Under the pieces are notes generated by a model. It had not been told where the DNA came from and searched no databases. It saw only the letters and a list, made by a program, of their open reading frames with translations. This document shows positions 50,668 to 60,866 of a stretch of DNA of 64,000 nt, in pieces. The position numbers and the translations under genes are program-made. The stretch is from Candidatus Magasanikiibacteriota bacterium (GTDB taxonomy: Bacteria; Patescibacteriota; Patescibacteriia; Magasanikbacterales; UBA922), in NCBI GenBank assembly GCA_018661775.1, contig JABJHO010000014.1, positions 42,305 to 106,304 on the forward strand, given 5' to 3'. How positions within the stretch are numbered: position 1 is the stretch's first letter; the number at the start of each line of letters is the position of its first letter.

Positions 50668-51591
50668 ATGAAACTAATGTATAGTATGGGCGTGCTTATG
50701 CTTTTTCTTTTGTCAGGTTTTACTGTCACTTGGTTTATGTTTGATGCACGTTCTGTGGCTAGTTACGGATCACAGTCGTCTACTGGCTTGCTGCCTGTTT
50801 TGGGTGATGATGCGGATGGTGAAAAAAAACGCACACAACAGGCACCTTCACTATTTAGACAGGTCGCCCCAGAACACAACCACATGTTTATTGCTCACGC
50901 ACTTGGGTCGGTAGATGGTGTTGCAGAAACAAACAGTAAAGAGGCATTTGTAGAAACATATCGCAATGGTTTTCGATTATTTGAGGCAGACATGTCTCAA
51001 ACAAAAGATGGAAAGGTTGCTATTTTTCATCACAGGGCTCGGCATCATATTGGTATGAGCGCTGGTATTGACGAGGTAAATCTTGGTGATTTCTTGTCGC
51101 ACAAATCTTTTGAAAAATTTACCTTACTTAGCTTAGAAGATTTACTTGATCTGATGCGTGTGTATCCAGATATGTATCTTGTGACTGATGTAAAGTCAGA
51201 TACCATGTATGCGTTGTCCCAGATTTTGGAAAGTGACGTGGTAAAAGCACAGCCAGAAATAGTACAAAGAATTATTCCACAAATATATCATCCTGAAGAA
51301 TTGGCGACCGTTCTTAGTTTATATCCTTTTTCTGATATTATTTTTACATTATACAAAACACCATTAACAAACGATGAGGTTGTACTATTTGTATCAGAGC
51401 ATCCAGAAATAACAGCAGTGACCATGTCTGCGCAAATGCGTTTTACAGAAAACATCTATAATACATTAAAAAAACTGGGTGTACAAATGTTTGTGCATAC
51501 AATAAATGATGAAAAAAAAATACAAGAATTTATAACAAAGGGAGTTGGTGTGTATACGGACAATACCACGGAAAAAGTACTGCAACGATAA
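50668..51591 (+). CDS. glycerophosphodiester phosphodiesterase / PI-PLC-X-like protein, N-terminal signal anchor
   Basis: IAHALGS...NS.EAF.......FEADM..TKDG core motifs of the GDPD-like fold. N-terminal TM. Confidence 0.55.
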   Translation: MKLMYSMGVLMLFLLSGFTVTWFMFDARSVASYGSQSSTGLLPVLGDDADGEKKRTQQAPSLFRQVAPEHNHMFIAHALGSVDGVAETNSKEAFVETYRNGFRLFEADMSQTKDGKVAIFHHRARHHIGMSAGIDEVNLGDFLSHKSFEKFTLLSLEDLLDLMRVYPDMYLVTDVKSDTMYALSQILESDVVKAQPEIVQRIIPQIYHPEELATVLSLYPFSDIIFTLYKTPLTNDEVVLFVSEHPEITAVTMSAQMRFTENIYNTLKKLGVQMFVHTINDEKKIQEFITKGVGVYTDNTTEKVLQR

Positions 51592-51734
51592 GCAAAAGAG
51601 AGTTTTTTTGATTTTGCTTGTGGATAACATGAGTAAAAATATTGTACAGCACGAAAAATTGCGGTACAATGGGAAGAGGTGGGGAAAAGTGGGGATTGAG
51701 TACAATGCTTGTCTACTCATATTTCACTTTTGTT

Positions 51735-52166
51735 ATGTTTGTTGGCGAATATTCTCACAGTTTGGATACAAAAGGCCGTTTAGCCATACCTAAATTATTT
51801 AGGAGTGATCTTTTGGATGGTTTAGTGATAACACGAGGCATAGATGATTGTTTGTTTTTATACACAAAAACAGCATGGTCATCTGTGTCTGATTATATAT
51901 CACAACTTCCATTTTCAAAAGCACACGTTCGGGGTTTTGCCCGACTTATGTTGGCTGGCGCAACAAACCTTACTCTAGATAAACAGGGTAGGGTTTTGTT
52001 GCCCGAATATTTACGCATATATGCTCAGTTAGAAAAAGAGGTGGTGGTCGCAGGTTTGTGCAATCGCATTGAGATATGGAATAAAAAAGATTGGGAAGTT
52101 GCCTTGGACAGTGTGTTAACTGATAAACACAAAATAGCCGAGCAACTTGATACGTTGGGTTTATAA
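51735..52166 (+). CDS. mraZ: transcriptional regulator MraZ
   Basis: Duplicated DxKGRhxhP motifs (LDTKGRLAIP, LDKQGRVLLP). Start at ATG 51735 (MFVGEY). Confidence 0.85.
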   Translation: MFVGEYSHSLDTKGRLAIPKLFRSDLLDGLVITRGIDDCLFLYTKTAWSSVSDYISQLPFSKAHVRGFARLMLAGATNLTLDKQGRVLLPEYLRIYAQLEKEVVVAGLCNRIEIWNKKDWEVALDSVLTDKHKIAEQLDTLGL

Positions 52167-52178
52167 TTTTTTTACATT

Positions 52179-53105
52179 ATGAAACATGTTCCAGTTTTGT
52201 TAGATGAAGTGTTGGAAGTATTTGATTTGGACGCCGGACTGTCTGTATTGGATTGCACTCTTGGAGACGCTGGCCATGCCGAGGCAATGCTAGAAAGAAT
52301 TTCTCCTGGCGGTACGCTTGTTGGTATTGATGCTGATCCTGAGGCTGTTGTTCGTGCAAAGCATTTTCTTGAATCGTTTGGTGAGCAGGCTGTTGTTGTT
52401 CGAGATAATTTTTTACACATTGACACCATTATTTCTGGGCTCGGTTTTACGTGTGTTGATCGCATTCTCTTTGACCTTGGGTGGTCCAGTCCACAGTTTG
52501 CAGAAAGGGGGCGCGGGTTTAGTTTTTTACAATCAGATGAACCACTAGACATGCGTTTTTCTTCTGACGTGGGGAACCTTGAGAAACGACCAAACAAAAC
52601 AGCAGGGGAACTTGTAAACAGTGCATCACCTGATGTTCTGGTGCGTATATTTCGTGAATATGGGGAAGAAAAATTGGCCCATGAAATAGCAGGAGCTATT
52701 GTTGTACAAAGGACAAAAGAAGCTATAACTACCGTAAAACAGCTTGTGGAAATTATTTTAGAGGTGTATAGAAAAAAAACACATACCACAAAAGAGGTTC
52801 CATGGATAGGTGGGCTTCATCCGGCAACACGTGTATTTCAGGCATTGCGTATTGCGGTAAACAAAGAGTTAGAAGTGCTTGAGGGGGTGTTACCAAAAGC
52901 ATTGTCGCTACTTTGTCCTGGAGGAAGACTTGCGGTGATTTCTTTTCACTCTTTGGAGGATCGTTTGGTGAAACATTTTTTTAAATCACAAATTGGAAAA
53001 GGGTATCGGGTGCTCACAAAAAAACCCATCGTACCTTCGTCAGAAGAGTGTAAAGTAAATGTGCGCGCTCGATCAGCAAAACTTCGTGTAATTGAAAAAA
53101 TATGA
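52179..53105 (+). CDS. rsmH: 16S rRNA m4C1402 methyltransferase
   Basis: MKHVPVLLDEVL, DCTLGDAGH, GVSSPQ-like and C-terminal S-E-D motifs. 308 aa. Confidence 0.9.
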   Translation: MKHVPVLLDEVLEVFDLDAGLSVLDCTLGDAGHAEAMLERISPGGTLVGIDADPEAVVRAKHFLESFGEQAVVVRDNFLHIDTIISGLGFTCVDRILFDLGWSSPQFAERGRGFSFLQSDEPLDMRFSSDVGNLEKRPNKTAGELVNSASPDVLVRIFREYGEEKLAHEIAGAIVVQRTKEAITTVKQLVEIILEVYRKKTHTTKEVPWIGGLHPATRVFQALRIAVNKELEVLEGVLPKALSLLCPGGRLAVISFHSLEDRLVKHFFKSQIGKGYRVLTKKPIVPSSEECKVNVRARSAKLRVIEKI

Positions 53106-53413
53106 CACATGGCGCAACCATAAGAGAAAAAAAAGAGCAGATCAAAAAAATGGTTTTTGGTGCACAGTTTAGGGTTGTCGTGCTCTGTTTAATTGCTTTT
53201 TTTGTTGTTCTTGATGTGGTGCAAACTAGTGCTGTTTCTACAAAAGGGTTTGAAATGCATACACACCAAACAGACATACGTAGACTAGAACAAGAAAACA
53301 GGTACCTTACGTATAAAATAGCAACATATCGCTCTATGGATAGTATACAGAAACGCCTTTCAGTATTAGGTATGGTGCCCGTAGAAAAAAAAGAGTTCCT
53401 TTTTGCAGAATAA
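53102..53413 (+). CDS. ftsL: FtsL-like cell division protein
   Basis: Position after rsmH. Single TM followed by coiled-coil (RRLEQENRYLTYKIAT). 103 aa. Confidence 0.5.
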   Translation: MTHGATIREKKEQIKKMVFGAQFRVVVLCLIAFFVVLDVVQTSAVSTKGFEMHTHQTDIRRLEQENRYLTYKIATYRSMDSIQKRLSVLGMVPVEKKEFLFAE

Positions 53414-53516
53414 CTTCATGGTACAAAGTGCCTGCTTAGCCTCTTCTTATATATTCCCGTAATTGGGTTTTTTTGTTTTTTATGTTATCATACACCATAT
53501 ATATTTACGCACATAT

Positions 53517-53873
53517 ATGTGGATATTAGCCATACAACGCTTGTGTTTTGAGTTTATTTTTGACATACTCTTTTTTCCGTTTTGGTGGTATAGTGCAGGA
53601 CTTCTTCGTGTTGTTATTTGGGCACAGCAAATGATTGCGAGAGTGAATCAACAATTTGCTCCAGGATTGTGGATCAAAAATTTGTTTGTGCCAATGTTTG
53701 GGCAAACAGATAGGCAAGGAAGGTTGATGAGTGTATTTATGCGATTCGCGAATTTTGTTGGTCGATCAATTGCATTATTTATTTGGACTGTGCTTGTGAT
53801 TGGTTTGGTTCTACTATGGGTGATATTGCCAATCCTTTTTGTTTTGGGAGCAATAGACGCGTTGACCATCTAA
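53517..53873 (+). CDS. hypothetical 3-TM membrane protein
   Basis: Hydrophobic ORF in mraZ-rsmH-ftsL operon. No motif recognised. Confidence 0.4.
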   Translation: MWILAIQRLCFEFIFDILFFPFWWYSAGLLRVVIWAQQMIARVNQQFAPGLWIKNLFVPMFGQTDRQGRLMSVFMRFANFVGRSIALFIWTVLVIGLVLLWVILPILFVLGAIDALTI

Positions 53874-53875
53874 CT

Positions 53876-56650
53876 ATGGATTTTCAGAAGAACCCAAACA
53901 TTCCAGTACTTCCGTGTCAGACCTGTCAGATGACTGGTGCGGTTGGTATGAAGGGGTGTCATACGTGCAAGGGGTATATGGTTGCGCGAGCAGCTCGTGA
54001 CAATGTGTATTTTTTTGGTATGGCGCTTACGCGGCACCATCTTGCCTTACAGCGCGCGCGAAGAGGGCTCTACGTGTTCGAAATGATTGGAGCGCTGATT
54101 TTTACCGGGCTTGCGTTTCTTTTTTTCTGGTGGACTACGAGACCCACATTGTCAATGGCTACTGCTATTGATGGCCTACAGTATAGTTCAGGACATGGTT
54201 TTTTTAGTTCATATTTCTGGATTGAGGTGGATCATCCTGGTAAAGCGTTTTTCTTTCTTGGTTTGTTGGGGATTTGTGGCTTGATTTATCGTTACATGCG
54301 CTCCCATACAGCACCAGCAGAAGTAGAAATGAGGCCATATCGTCAAGATGCTGTGAAGGAGAAGGAAAAGGTGCTAGGAGACTGGAAACAAGTGAAAAAT
54401 TTTCCGCACAATAGTCAAATAGATATTGTGAAGGCTTACACGAGTGGGGCGAAACTCTCGATTGAGCGTGCATATGCGTTAGCGGATGCGCAGAATAGTT
54501 CTCAACTGCAGGCAGAGCACGTGTTTGTTGCACTCCTTGAACATATGGATGTAAAGGGTATTTTCATTCGATTGGGTATTCCCGTGAAATTGCTTTCTGC
54601 AAAAATTTCCGAGGGGTTTGTTGCACAAAAAGGGAATCGTGCTCCATTGCCAAATGATGATGTGATTCAGATTCTTTTTCATGCGTATGAACAGGCATAT
54701 GATGCCAGAGAACCCCAAGTCCACGTTACGGAGTTGCTGCTTGCTACGGTGGGGCAATCTTCTCATATTCAGGGCATTCTTTATGATATAGAAGTCGATA
54801 ATGAGAAGCTTTATGGCGTTGTGGAGTGGGTAAGAATTAGAAATAAATTACGCAGACAATATCACGCAACGCTCCGCGCAGGTTCTCACGTTTCTAAACA
54901 TGGCATAGACAAGGCCATGACAGCTGTTGCAACACCATTTTTAAATCATTTTAGTACCGACCTTACGCTTGCATCGATGTACGGCCATCATGAGCCATGT
55001 GTAGCAAGAGACAAAGAGATTGATGAAATATTTCGTATTGTGGAGGCTGGCAGACAAAGTATTGTGCTAGTAGGTGAACATGGTGTAGGGAAGCGGAGTA
55101 TTATAGAAGGTATTGTTGAACGCATGATTCAAGATGTGGTACCAAAGCGCATGCAAGATAAGCGGTTGGTGCAAATATCTACCTCGGCTTTGCTGGCAGG
55201 AACCACCGTTTCTGGGGCGCAAGAACGATTGTTGCATATGGCACAAGAGATTGCAAAAGCAAAAAATATTATTTTGTGTATTCATAATATTAGCGACCTT
55301 ATGGGTGGTTCAGCAGATGCCCCGGGATTAGACGTGGCTGGTACACTTTCTGATTTAATGCGCTCTGGCAACATTCTTGTTTTGGCAACTTCTACGGTAG
55401 ATGGGTTTAATAAACATATCTCCAGGTCTCGACTTGCAAGCGCAATGACACGGGTAAACATAAAAGAAATGGAAACTGACCAAGCCATTCAAGTGCTGCA
55501 GGCAAAGGCTGGGTATATTGAATATACGCATAATGTCTTTTTTTCTTACAATTCTCTTGCCGCGGCAGTAGAATATGCAAAGCGGTTTTTTCATGACCAG
55601 TGTTTGCCACAAAGTGCTATTGAAATTATAAGTGAGGTGGCAAGTTATACAAAAAATACACGCGGCGAACATGTACTGGTAAGTCAGGATGATGTGGCGC
55701 GTGTCACAGGAGAAAAAACAGGTATTCCAACCACGTCTCTTACAGAAAATGAGGCAGACAAGTTGTTGCACCTAGAAGATGAAATGCATAAGCGCGTTGT
55801 TGGGCAGTTTGAGGCGGTTAATAGTGTGGCAAATGCGTTGCGACGAGCAAGAATGCAAGTGCGATCATTAGATCGCCCGATGGCAAACTTTTTATTTTTG
55901 GGGTCAACCGGTGTAGGAAAAACAGAGCTGGCAAAAACAATAGCCGAAGTCTATTTTGGAGGAGAAGAGCAAATGATTCGGGTTGATATGAGTGAATATC
56001 AGAATACAGATAGTATATATAGACTTATTGGTCAGCCAGGGAAACAAGGTACAGGGTTGTTAACAGAAGCGGTAAGACAAAAACCGTTTTCTTTGGTTTT
56101 GCTTGATGAGTTAGAAAAGGCGCATCCCAGAATACTCGATATTTTTTTACAAGTATTTGATGATGGTAGACTTACCGACAGTGTTGGCCGTGTGATTGAT
56201 TTTACCAATACCATTATTATTGCAACGTCAAATGCAGGCACCGCATTTATCCAATCAGCAATTAGAGAACATAAAAACATGGAGGATATTCGCAAAACAT
56301 TGTTTTCACAAGAGCTCAAACAGCATTTTCGACCAGAATTTATTAACAGGTTTGACGGGGTAGTCGTCTTTAAGCCACTGCTTTTGGATGATATTAAACA
56401 TATTGCAGGAATCATGCTTGCTCGGGTAGAAGCAGAATTAGACGAAAAAGGTATGAAGTTTCGTGTCACCGAAGAAGGGTTGTCTACTTTGGCGCAACAT
56501 GGGTATGATCCAGAATATGGCGCAAGACCAATGAGAAGGGCGATTCAAGATCATGTTGAAAATGCTATTGCAGAAATTCTCTTGCGTGGTGAAGCTTCAA
56601 GAGGAGAGACTATTGTGTATGATGGCGAACATGGTGTGTATGTGGAATAG
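53876..56650 (+). CDS. ClpA/ClpC-family double-ring AAA+ ATPase with N-terminal Cys4 zinc ribbon and two TM helices
   Basis: N-terminal CQTC...CHTC then TM segments FEMIGALIFTGLAFLFFWW and FFFLGLLGICGLIY. Clp_N-like repeats. Walker A GEHGVGKRS (D1) and GSTGVGKTELAK (D2). Sensor and arginine finger (GARPMRR). Confidence 0.85.
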   Translation: MDFQKNPNIPVLPCQTCQMTGAVGMKGCHTCKGYMVARAARDNVYFFGMALTRHHLALQRARRGLYVFEMIGALIFTGLAFLFFWWTTRPTLSMATAIDGLQYSSGHGFFSSYFWIEVDHPGKAFFFLGLLGICGLIYRYMRSHTAPAEVEMRPYRQDAVKEKEKVLGDWKQVKNFPHNSQIDIVKAYTSGAKLSIERAYALADAQNSSQLQAEHVFVALLEHMDVKGIFIRLGIPVKLLSAKISEGFVAQKGNRAPLPNDDVIQILFHAYEQAYDAREPQVHVTELLLATVGQSSHIQGILYDIEVDNEKLYGVVEWVRIRNKLRRQYHATLRAGSHVSKHGIDKAMTAVATPFLNHFSTDLTLASMYGHHEPCVARDKEIDEIFRIVEAGRQSIVLVGEHGVGKRSIIEGIVERMIQDVVPKRMQDKRLVQISTSALLAGTTVSGAQERLLHMAQEIAKAKNIILCIHNISDLMGGSADAPGLDVAGTLSDLMRSGNILVLATSTVDGFNKHISRSRLASAMTRVNIKEMETDQAIQVLQAKAGYIEYTHNVFFSYNSLAAAVEYAKRFFHDQCLPQSAIEIISEVASYTKNTRGEHVLVSQDDVARVTGEKTGIPTTSLTENEADKLLHLEDEMHKRVVGQFEAVNSVANALRRARMQVRSLDRPMANFLFLGSTGVGKTELAKTIAEVYFGGEEQMIRVDMSEYQNTDSIYRLIGQPGKQGTGLLTEAVRQKPFSLVLLDELEKAHPRILDIFLQVFDDGRLTDSVGRVIDFTNTIIIATSNAGTAFIQSAIREHKNMEDIRKTLFSQELKQHFRPEFINRFDGVVVFKPLLLDDIKHIAGIMLARVEAELDEKGMKFRVTEEGLSTLAQHGYDPEYGARPMRRAIQDHVENAIAEILLRGEASRGETIVYDGEHGVYVE

Positions 56651-56671
56651 GTTGTTAAGTGCTACGCTTTT

Positions 56672-57742
56672 ATGATAACACTCTATTTTTTTTCTAGTAT
56701 TGTCGTGTGTGCAGTGCTAACGTTTGTTGTGCGGCGTATCATGGTACGGCAGCATATTTTAGATATTCCACACAAGCAAAAAAGAAAACAGCACAAACGA
56801 GCGACACCACTTGGTGGTGGACTTGCCATATATGTGACGTGTTTGGTGGTATTGTGTGTTGAGCAGGTTGTTGGTGCAATACCAGGTGCGCATATTAGTC
56901 AGCACGTATTGTTTGGGGTTTTTGCCGGTGGTGCAATTCTCATGTTTGGCGGGTTTTTGGATGATAAATACAATCTATCGCCAAAGTATCAGATGATATT
57001 TCCGGTTTTGGCAAGTTGCGTAGCCATGTTTTTTGGACTTGGTGTAGAGAGTGCTGGTATCTCTCCGGAAAGATTTGCATTTTTGCGTTTTGTTGGTACA
57101 GACGTAGGAGACATGTCGCAGTGGGCTGTGGCCGGAAACATTATTGTATTTTTTTGGCTCATGGGTATGATGTATACCACAAAATTTTTGGATGGTTTGG
57201 ATGGGTTGGTGACTGGTATTGTGGCAATTGGTGGTATTATGGTAGCAGTTGTGAGCATGCAACCCCAATGGTTTCAGCCAGAAGTAACGTTTGTGGCCAT
57301 GGTGTTTGTGGGTTCATGTATTGGGTTTTTGTTTTGGAATTTTCATCGTGCAAAAATTTTTCTTGGTGAGGGCGGTAGTTTGTTTACTGGATTTTTTATT
57401 GCAGCACTTGCTATTATTTCTGGAAGTAAAATTGCCACAACGCTCTTGGTGATGGCGGTTCCTATTTTTGACCTTATTCGAGTTATTTTTGTACGTCTAA
57501 AAAAAGGAAAATCTATTTTTTCGGGAGATCGTGAACATTTACATTTTAAAATAGTGCAGGCTGGTTTTAGCCACACCCAAACAGTTATATTTTTTTATGG
57601 CATTGCCGCTCTGTTTGGTGTGAGTGTATTGTTTTTGCAAAGCCACCAAAAACTTCTTGCACTTTGTGTATTGTTTATCCTTATGCTCTTGTTTGGTATG
57701 GTGTATGCAAAAAGACGTAGTAATAATACTAATAAAAAATAA
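56672..57742 (+). CDS. MraY/WecA-family polyprenyl-phosphate N-acetylhexosamine-1-phosphate transferase (second paralog)
   Basis: DDKYNLSPKYQ, DGLDGL, 10-11 TM. Lacks the MraY-specific HHHFE motif. Confidence 0.7.
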   Translation: MITLYFFSSIVVCAVLTFVVRRIMVRQHILDIPHKQKRKQHKRATPLGGGLAIYVTCLVVLCVEQVVGAIPGAHISQHVLFGVFAGGAILMFGGFLDDKYNLSPKYQMIFPVLASCVAMFFGLGVESAGISPERFAFLRFVGTDVGDMSQWAVAGNIIVFFWLMGMMYTTKFLDGLDGLVTGIVAIGGIMVAVVSMQPQWFQPEVTFVAMVFVGSCIGFLFWNFHRAKIFLGEGGSLFTGFFIAALAIISGSKIATTLLVMAVPIFDLIRVIFVRLKKGKSIFSGDREHLHFKIVQAGFSHTQTVIFFYGIAALFGVSVLFLQSHQKLLALCVLFILMLLFGMVYAKRRSNNTNKK

Positions 57743-57747
57743 TATAT

Positions 57748-58239
57748 ATGCCAAAGAACAACAAACCAAAAAAACGCATAGGCGCAATATTTAACAGTAT
57801 ATTGCTGGTCGCTTTTGTCGCATGCTTTTTCTTTTTACAGGTATGGGAAAAAAAGGCACCAACCGTACCACTCTCAATTCATGACCAGGTGTTGTATGTA
57901 GAGGTGGCTGATTCGGCAATAAAACAATACACAGGCTTGGGTCAGCGAGAAGTACTAGGAGATAGTGATGGTATGTTGTTTGTTTTTGGAGATGTAGATC
58001 GTCATGGTATTGTTATGAGAGACATGCAGTTTTCTCTAGATATTATTTGGTTACTTAATGGGGAAGTGGTAGATATTGCCGCACATATTGCACCAGAACC
58101 AGGAGTGGCAGAAGCACAACTGATACGATATCTTCCGCGCAAACCAGCAAATATGGTACTAGAGCTTCCTGCGGGAGGGGCCGAGCATTATGCGGTTTCT
58201 CTTGGAGATGTTTTGGGTGGGGTTGGCAACAAACGCTAA
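57748..58239 (+). CDS. DUF192 (COG1430) family protein with N-terminal signal anchor
   Basis: GMLFVF...MRDMQFSLDIIWL core of DUF192. Confidence 0.65.
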   Translation: MPKNNKPKKRIGAIFNSILLVAFVACFFFLQVWEKKAPTVPLSIHDQVLYVEVADSAIKQYTGLGQREVLGDSDGMLFVFGDVDRHGIVMRDMQFSLDIIWLLNGEVVDIAAHIAPEPGVAEAQLIRYLPRKPANMVLELPAGGAEHYAVSLGDVLGGVGNKR

Positions 58240-58338
58240 ACACTTGACTTATTTATGGGTTTTGGGTATACTATTTTCGTCTGATATGGCATGTTTCCCT
58301 TATACAACCATATTTACCTTATTTTAATAATAAAGATT

Positions 58339-58653
58339 ATGTTTGCTGTTATAGAGACTGGATCTAAACAATATCTGGTACAATCTGATCAAAAACTAGA
58401 GATAGAAAAACTTCCTGCAGAGGCTGGTGCTGAAGTCGTATTTGACAAAGTACTTCTTTTGGCAGACGATGAAGGAAAAAATGTACAAATTGGCACACCA
58501 TATTTGGAAGGTGTGAGTATTGCTGCTACAGTTGAAGAGCAAAAACGAGACAAAAAAATACGTGTGGTCAAGTTCAAGAGAAAAGTACGCTACAAGCGGG
58601 TAAAAGGACACAGACAACACAAAACAAAGGTGACGCTCAAAGAAGTAGTATAA
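58339..58653 (+). CDS. rplU: 50S ribosomal protein L21
   Basis: MFAVIETGSKQY N-terminus and basic C-terminus typical of L21. No rpmA downstream. Confidence 0.85.
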   Translation: MFAVIETGSKQYLVQSDQKLEIEKLPAEAGAEVVFDKVLLLADDEGKNVQIGTPYLEGVSIAATVEEQKRDKKIRVVKFKRKVRYKRVKGHRQHKTKVTLKEVV

Positions 58654-58673
58654 TTACCGACACAAAAACAAAG

Positions 58674-58699
58674 AAAAACACCCAAGTGGTGTTTTTTTG
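58674..58699 (+). terminator. rho-independent terminator after rplU
   Basis: Stem AACACC/GGTGTT, 5-nt loop, T7. Confidence 0.5.
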
Positions 58700-58803
58700 T
58701 GCCCACATGCGTTTTTGGGTGTATGCTGTTGACTTTTTGGTGTTTTTTTAGTATAGTACCGGCTCACGAGTTCTTTTTACATATATAACCAAGGAGGATT
58801 GCT

Positions 58804-60174
58804 ATGAGTGAGCATGACCATGGCCCAGAAAATCAGAGCCCTCAAGGGTATGTTGACGAATTATTATCTGGCAAAAAAGAAACAGGCGACCCAACACAAT
58901 TAGCATTATTGGCTCAATTGTCTCAAACAGCACAGCAGATAAAGTTAGTTACTTCCACATGTGCGGAATCACAGCATAAAATTGCCATGATCAAGGATCT
59001 ACAATCTCTTGTTGCTGAGGCATCTAAGCAATTCCCAAACCTTTCTTTTCGTGTAGAAGCATTATCTGAAGAAAAAGTTGCGGAACTACAGTTTAAAATT
59101 GCAGTGATAAGCGATCTGCGATCACGTGTTTTTGATGCGTCTAAGCAGTTTTACGATCTTTCCTTTTCTTCGGTAGAAATTTTGTCTGAGGAGTTGGGTA
59201 TTCTAAACAAGTTTGCGATCGAGGGTGGTGCGTTACCAAGCAATGAGCAGGTAATTAAGTTACCAGATAAAGATGATTTTGAGGATTTGCCAGAAATGGA
59301 AGTGTTTTTTGCAGAAGAAATGGAAGTGTTTTCTGGGGATATGCCAAAAAAAGCACTTGAACTTGTCAATATACAAGAGGATGCGGACGAGTATGTTTTT
59401 GATAGCACAGAAGACACGTTTTCTTTGTACAAAAAAGACACGCCCCATCGTATTCATGGATTTATTGATGCGGTTGCTGGTTTACCCAAGTATGATGGAC
59501 ACGGGGCACCTTCTTTGGAAGAGTGTGGATATTTTACACAAGAGGTGGTGATGGTGTATCTAACACCAGACAAAGAGATTGAGCCGGATGTGCACTTTTT
59601 GACCATCGCACGTATTATTGGGCTTATTGGAGATGGGTTTGTATTTGGTATGACCCAAAAAACACAGTTGTTTCATCTTTTGTCAGCCCTTGCTGCACAG
59701 TTAAAGATATTTGACGCTATAGGTAGTGTGGGTATAAATAAAGATGATTTTGAAAAAATTAAGACGCTGTGTTTTGGTATTGTAGGTGGGGCACAAAGTG
59801 AAACTGCGTGTGGTTATGTGTTTGGATTATGTCGTTCCCATGTGCCAGGAGGTGAAGGTATTATTGGGGATACATGGGAAGAGATTCTCTCATACCATGG
59901 TTCTTATTTGCAAGTGAAAGAACCGGTAGTGGTTGTGCATTTTTCTGATGCTGACCGTGCGTTTCAAGACGCACTTCTTGATGCAGATGATTCGAGCAAC
60001 GCTATTAGAGAATTGTTTAGGGCAGAGCTCAATAGTTCACGGTTTTATACCAAAGCTGGTATTCCACCAACGGTTGGTTTTTTGGCAAAGTCGTATATAC
60101 AACATCTTAGTGGTACAAGTTTTAAGGATTTACGACACGCTGCCAAGACACAAGAGTATATCTTTGAAACATAA
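58804..60174 (+). CDS. hypothetical acidic protein with internal duplicated segments
   Basis: 456 aa. Two diverged ~35-aa tandem repeats (KIAMIKDLQSLVAEASKQFPNLSF.../KIAVISDLRSRVFDASKQFYDLSF...) and a short EMEVF duplication. No motif recognised. Confidence 0.5.
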   Translation: MSEHDHGPENQSPQGYVDELLSGKKETGDPTQLALLAQLSQTAQQIKLVTSTCAESQHKIAMIKDLQSLVAEASKQFPNLSFRVEALSEEKVAELQFKIAVISDLRSRVFDASKQFYDLSFSSVEILSEELGILNKFAIEGGALPSNEQVIKLPDKDDFEDLPEMEVFFAEEMEVFSGDMPKKALELVNIQEDADEYVFDSTEDTFSLYKKDTPHRIHGFIDAVAGLPKYDGHGAPSLEECGYFTQEVVMVYLTPDKEIEPDVHFLTIARIIGLIGDGFVFGMTQKTQLFHLLSALAAQLKIFDAIGSVGINKDDFEKIKTLCFGIVGGAQSETACGYVFGLCRSHVPGGEGIIGDTWEEILSYHGSYLQVKEPVVVVHFSDADRAFQDALLDADDSSNAIRELFRAELNSSRFYTKAGIPPTVGFLAKSYIQHLSGTSFKDLRHAAKTQEYIFET

Positions 60175-60221
60175 GAGCGTACTAAGTTTTTGCACAAGTT
60201 ACAGGGTTTTTTAACCCTGTT

Positions 60222-60845
60222 TTATATTCTATGCATAAATGCATTTTGTAACGTTATGTCGTCGGCATATTGCACATCACTTCCCATGGGTAACCCTCTT
60301 GCAAGGCGTGTTACTTTTACGTGTGGATACTCCTTTTTGCACACACGAGCAATATACATCATGGTTGTTTCACCAGATATATCGGGATTGAGCGCAAGAA
60401 TCAGCTCAAGAGGTTCTGTGGTGATTCGCTGAAATAATTCTGTTAATTTAATATGTTGAGATTCAATCGGCGCATCTGTTTGTAAGGTGTCGCGCAAGAC
60501 ATGGTAAGTACCTTTATGTGCCCCAACACGTTCCATAACAACAACGTCTTGTGGGTGTGTGACAACACAAATATGCTGTTGTGATCTTTTGGTGTCTGTA
60601 CACAGTGCACAAGGAGAGGTGTCGGAAAAATTGCAGCATTGCGCACATGTTTTTATAGACTCAATCACATGTTTTAGGGCAAGTGTAAGTTCTGCCACGT
60701 CTTTTTTTCCGGACTTGAGTAAAAAAAATACATAGCGCTCTGCGGTTCTTTTTCCAACACCAGGAAGTTTGGTAAACGCTCGAATAAGTTGTTGAATAGG
60801 TTGGGTATACATACTACAAGGACCAAGAAACTGTGTACATGACAC
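60222..60845 (-). CDS. recR: recombination protein RecR
   Basis: HhH (LPGVGKRTAERY), C4 zinc finger (CAQCCN...CALC), Toprim. Confidence 0.85.
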   Translation of the reverse strand: MSCTQFLGPCSMYTQPIQQLIRAFTKLPGVGKRTAERYVFFLLKSGKKDVAELTLALKHVIESIKTCAQCCNFSDTSPCALCTDTKRSQQHICVVTHPQDVVVMERVGAHKGTYHVLRDTLQTDAPIESQHIKLTELFQRITTEPLELILALNPDISGETTMMYIARVCKKEYPHVKVTRLARGLPMGSDVQYADDITLQNAFMHRI

Positions 60846-60866
60846 AGTTTTTTTAGTTTATGTGGT

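Noticed and set aside
54204-56469. Multiple internal ORFs on both strands
   Set aside because: Embedded in the Clp ATPase gene. No independent motifs.
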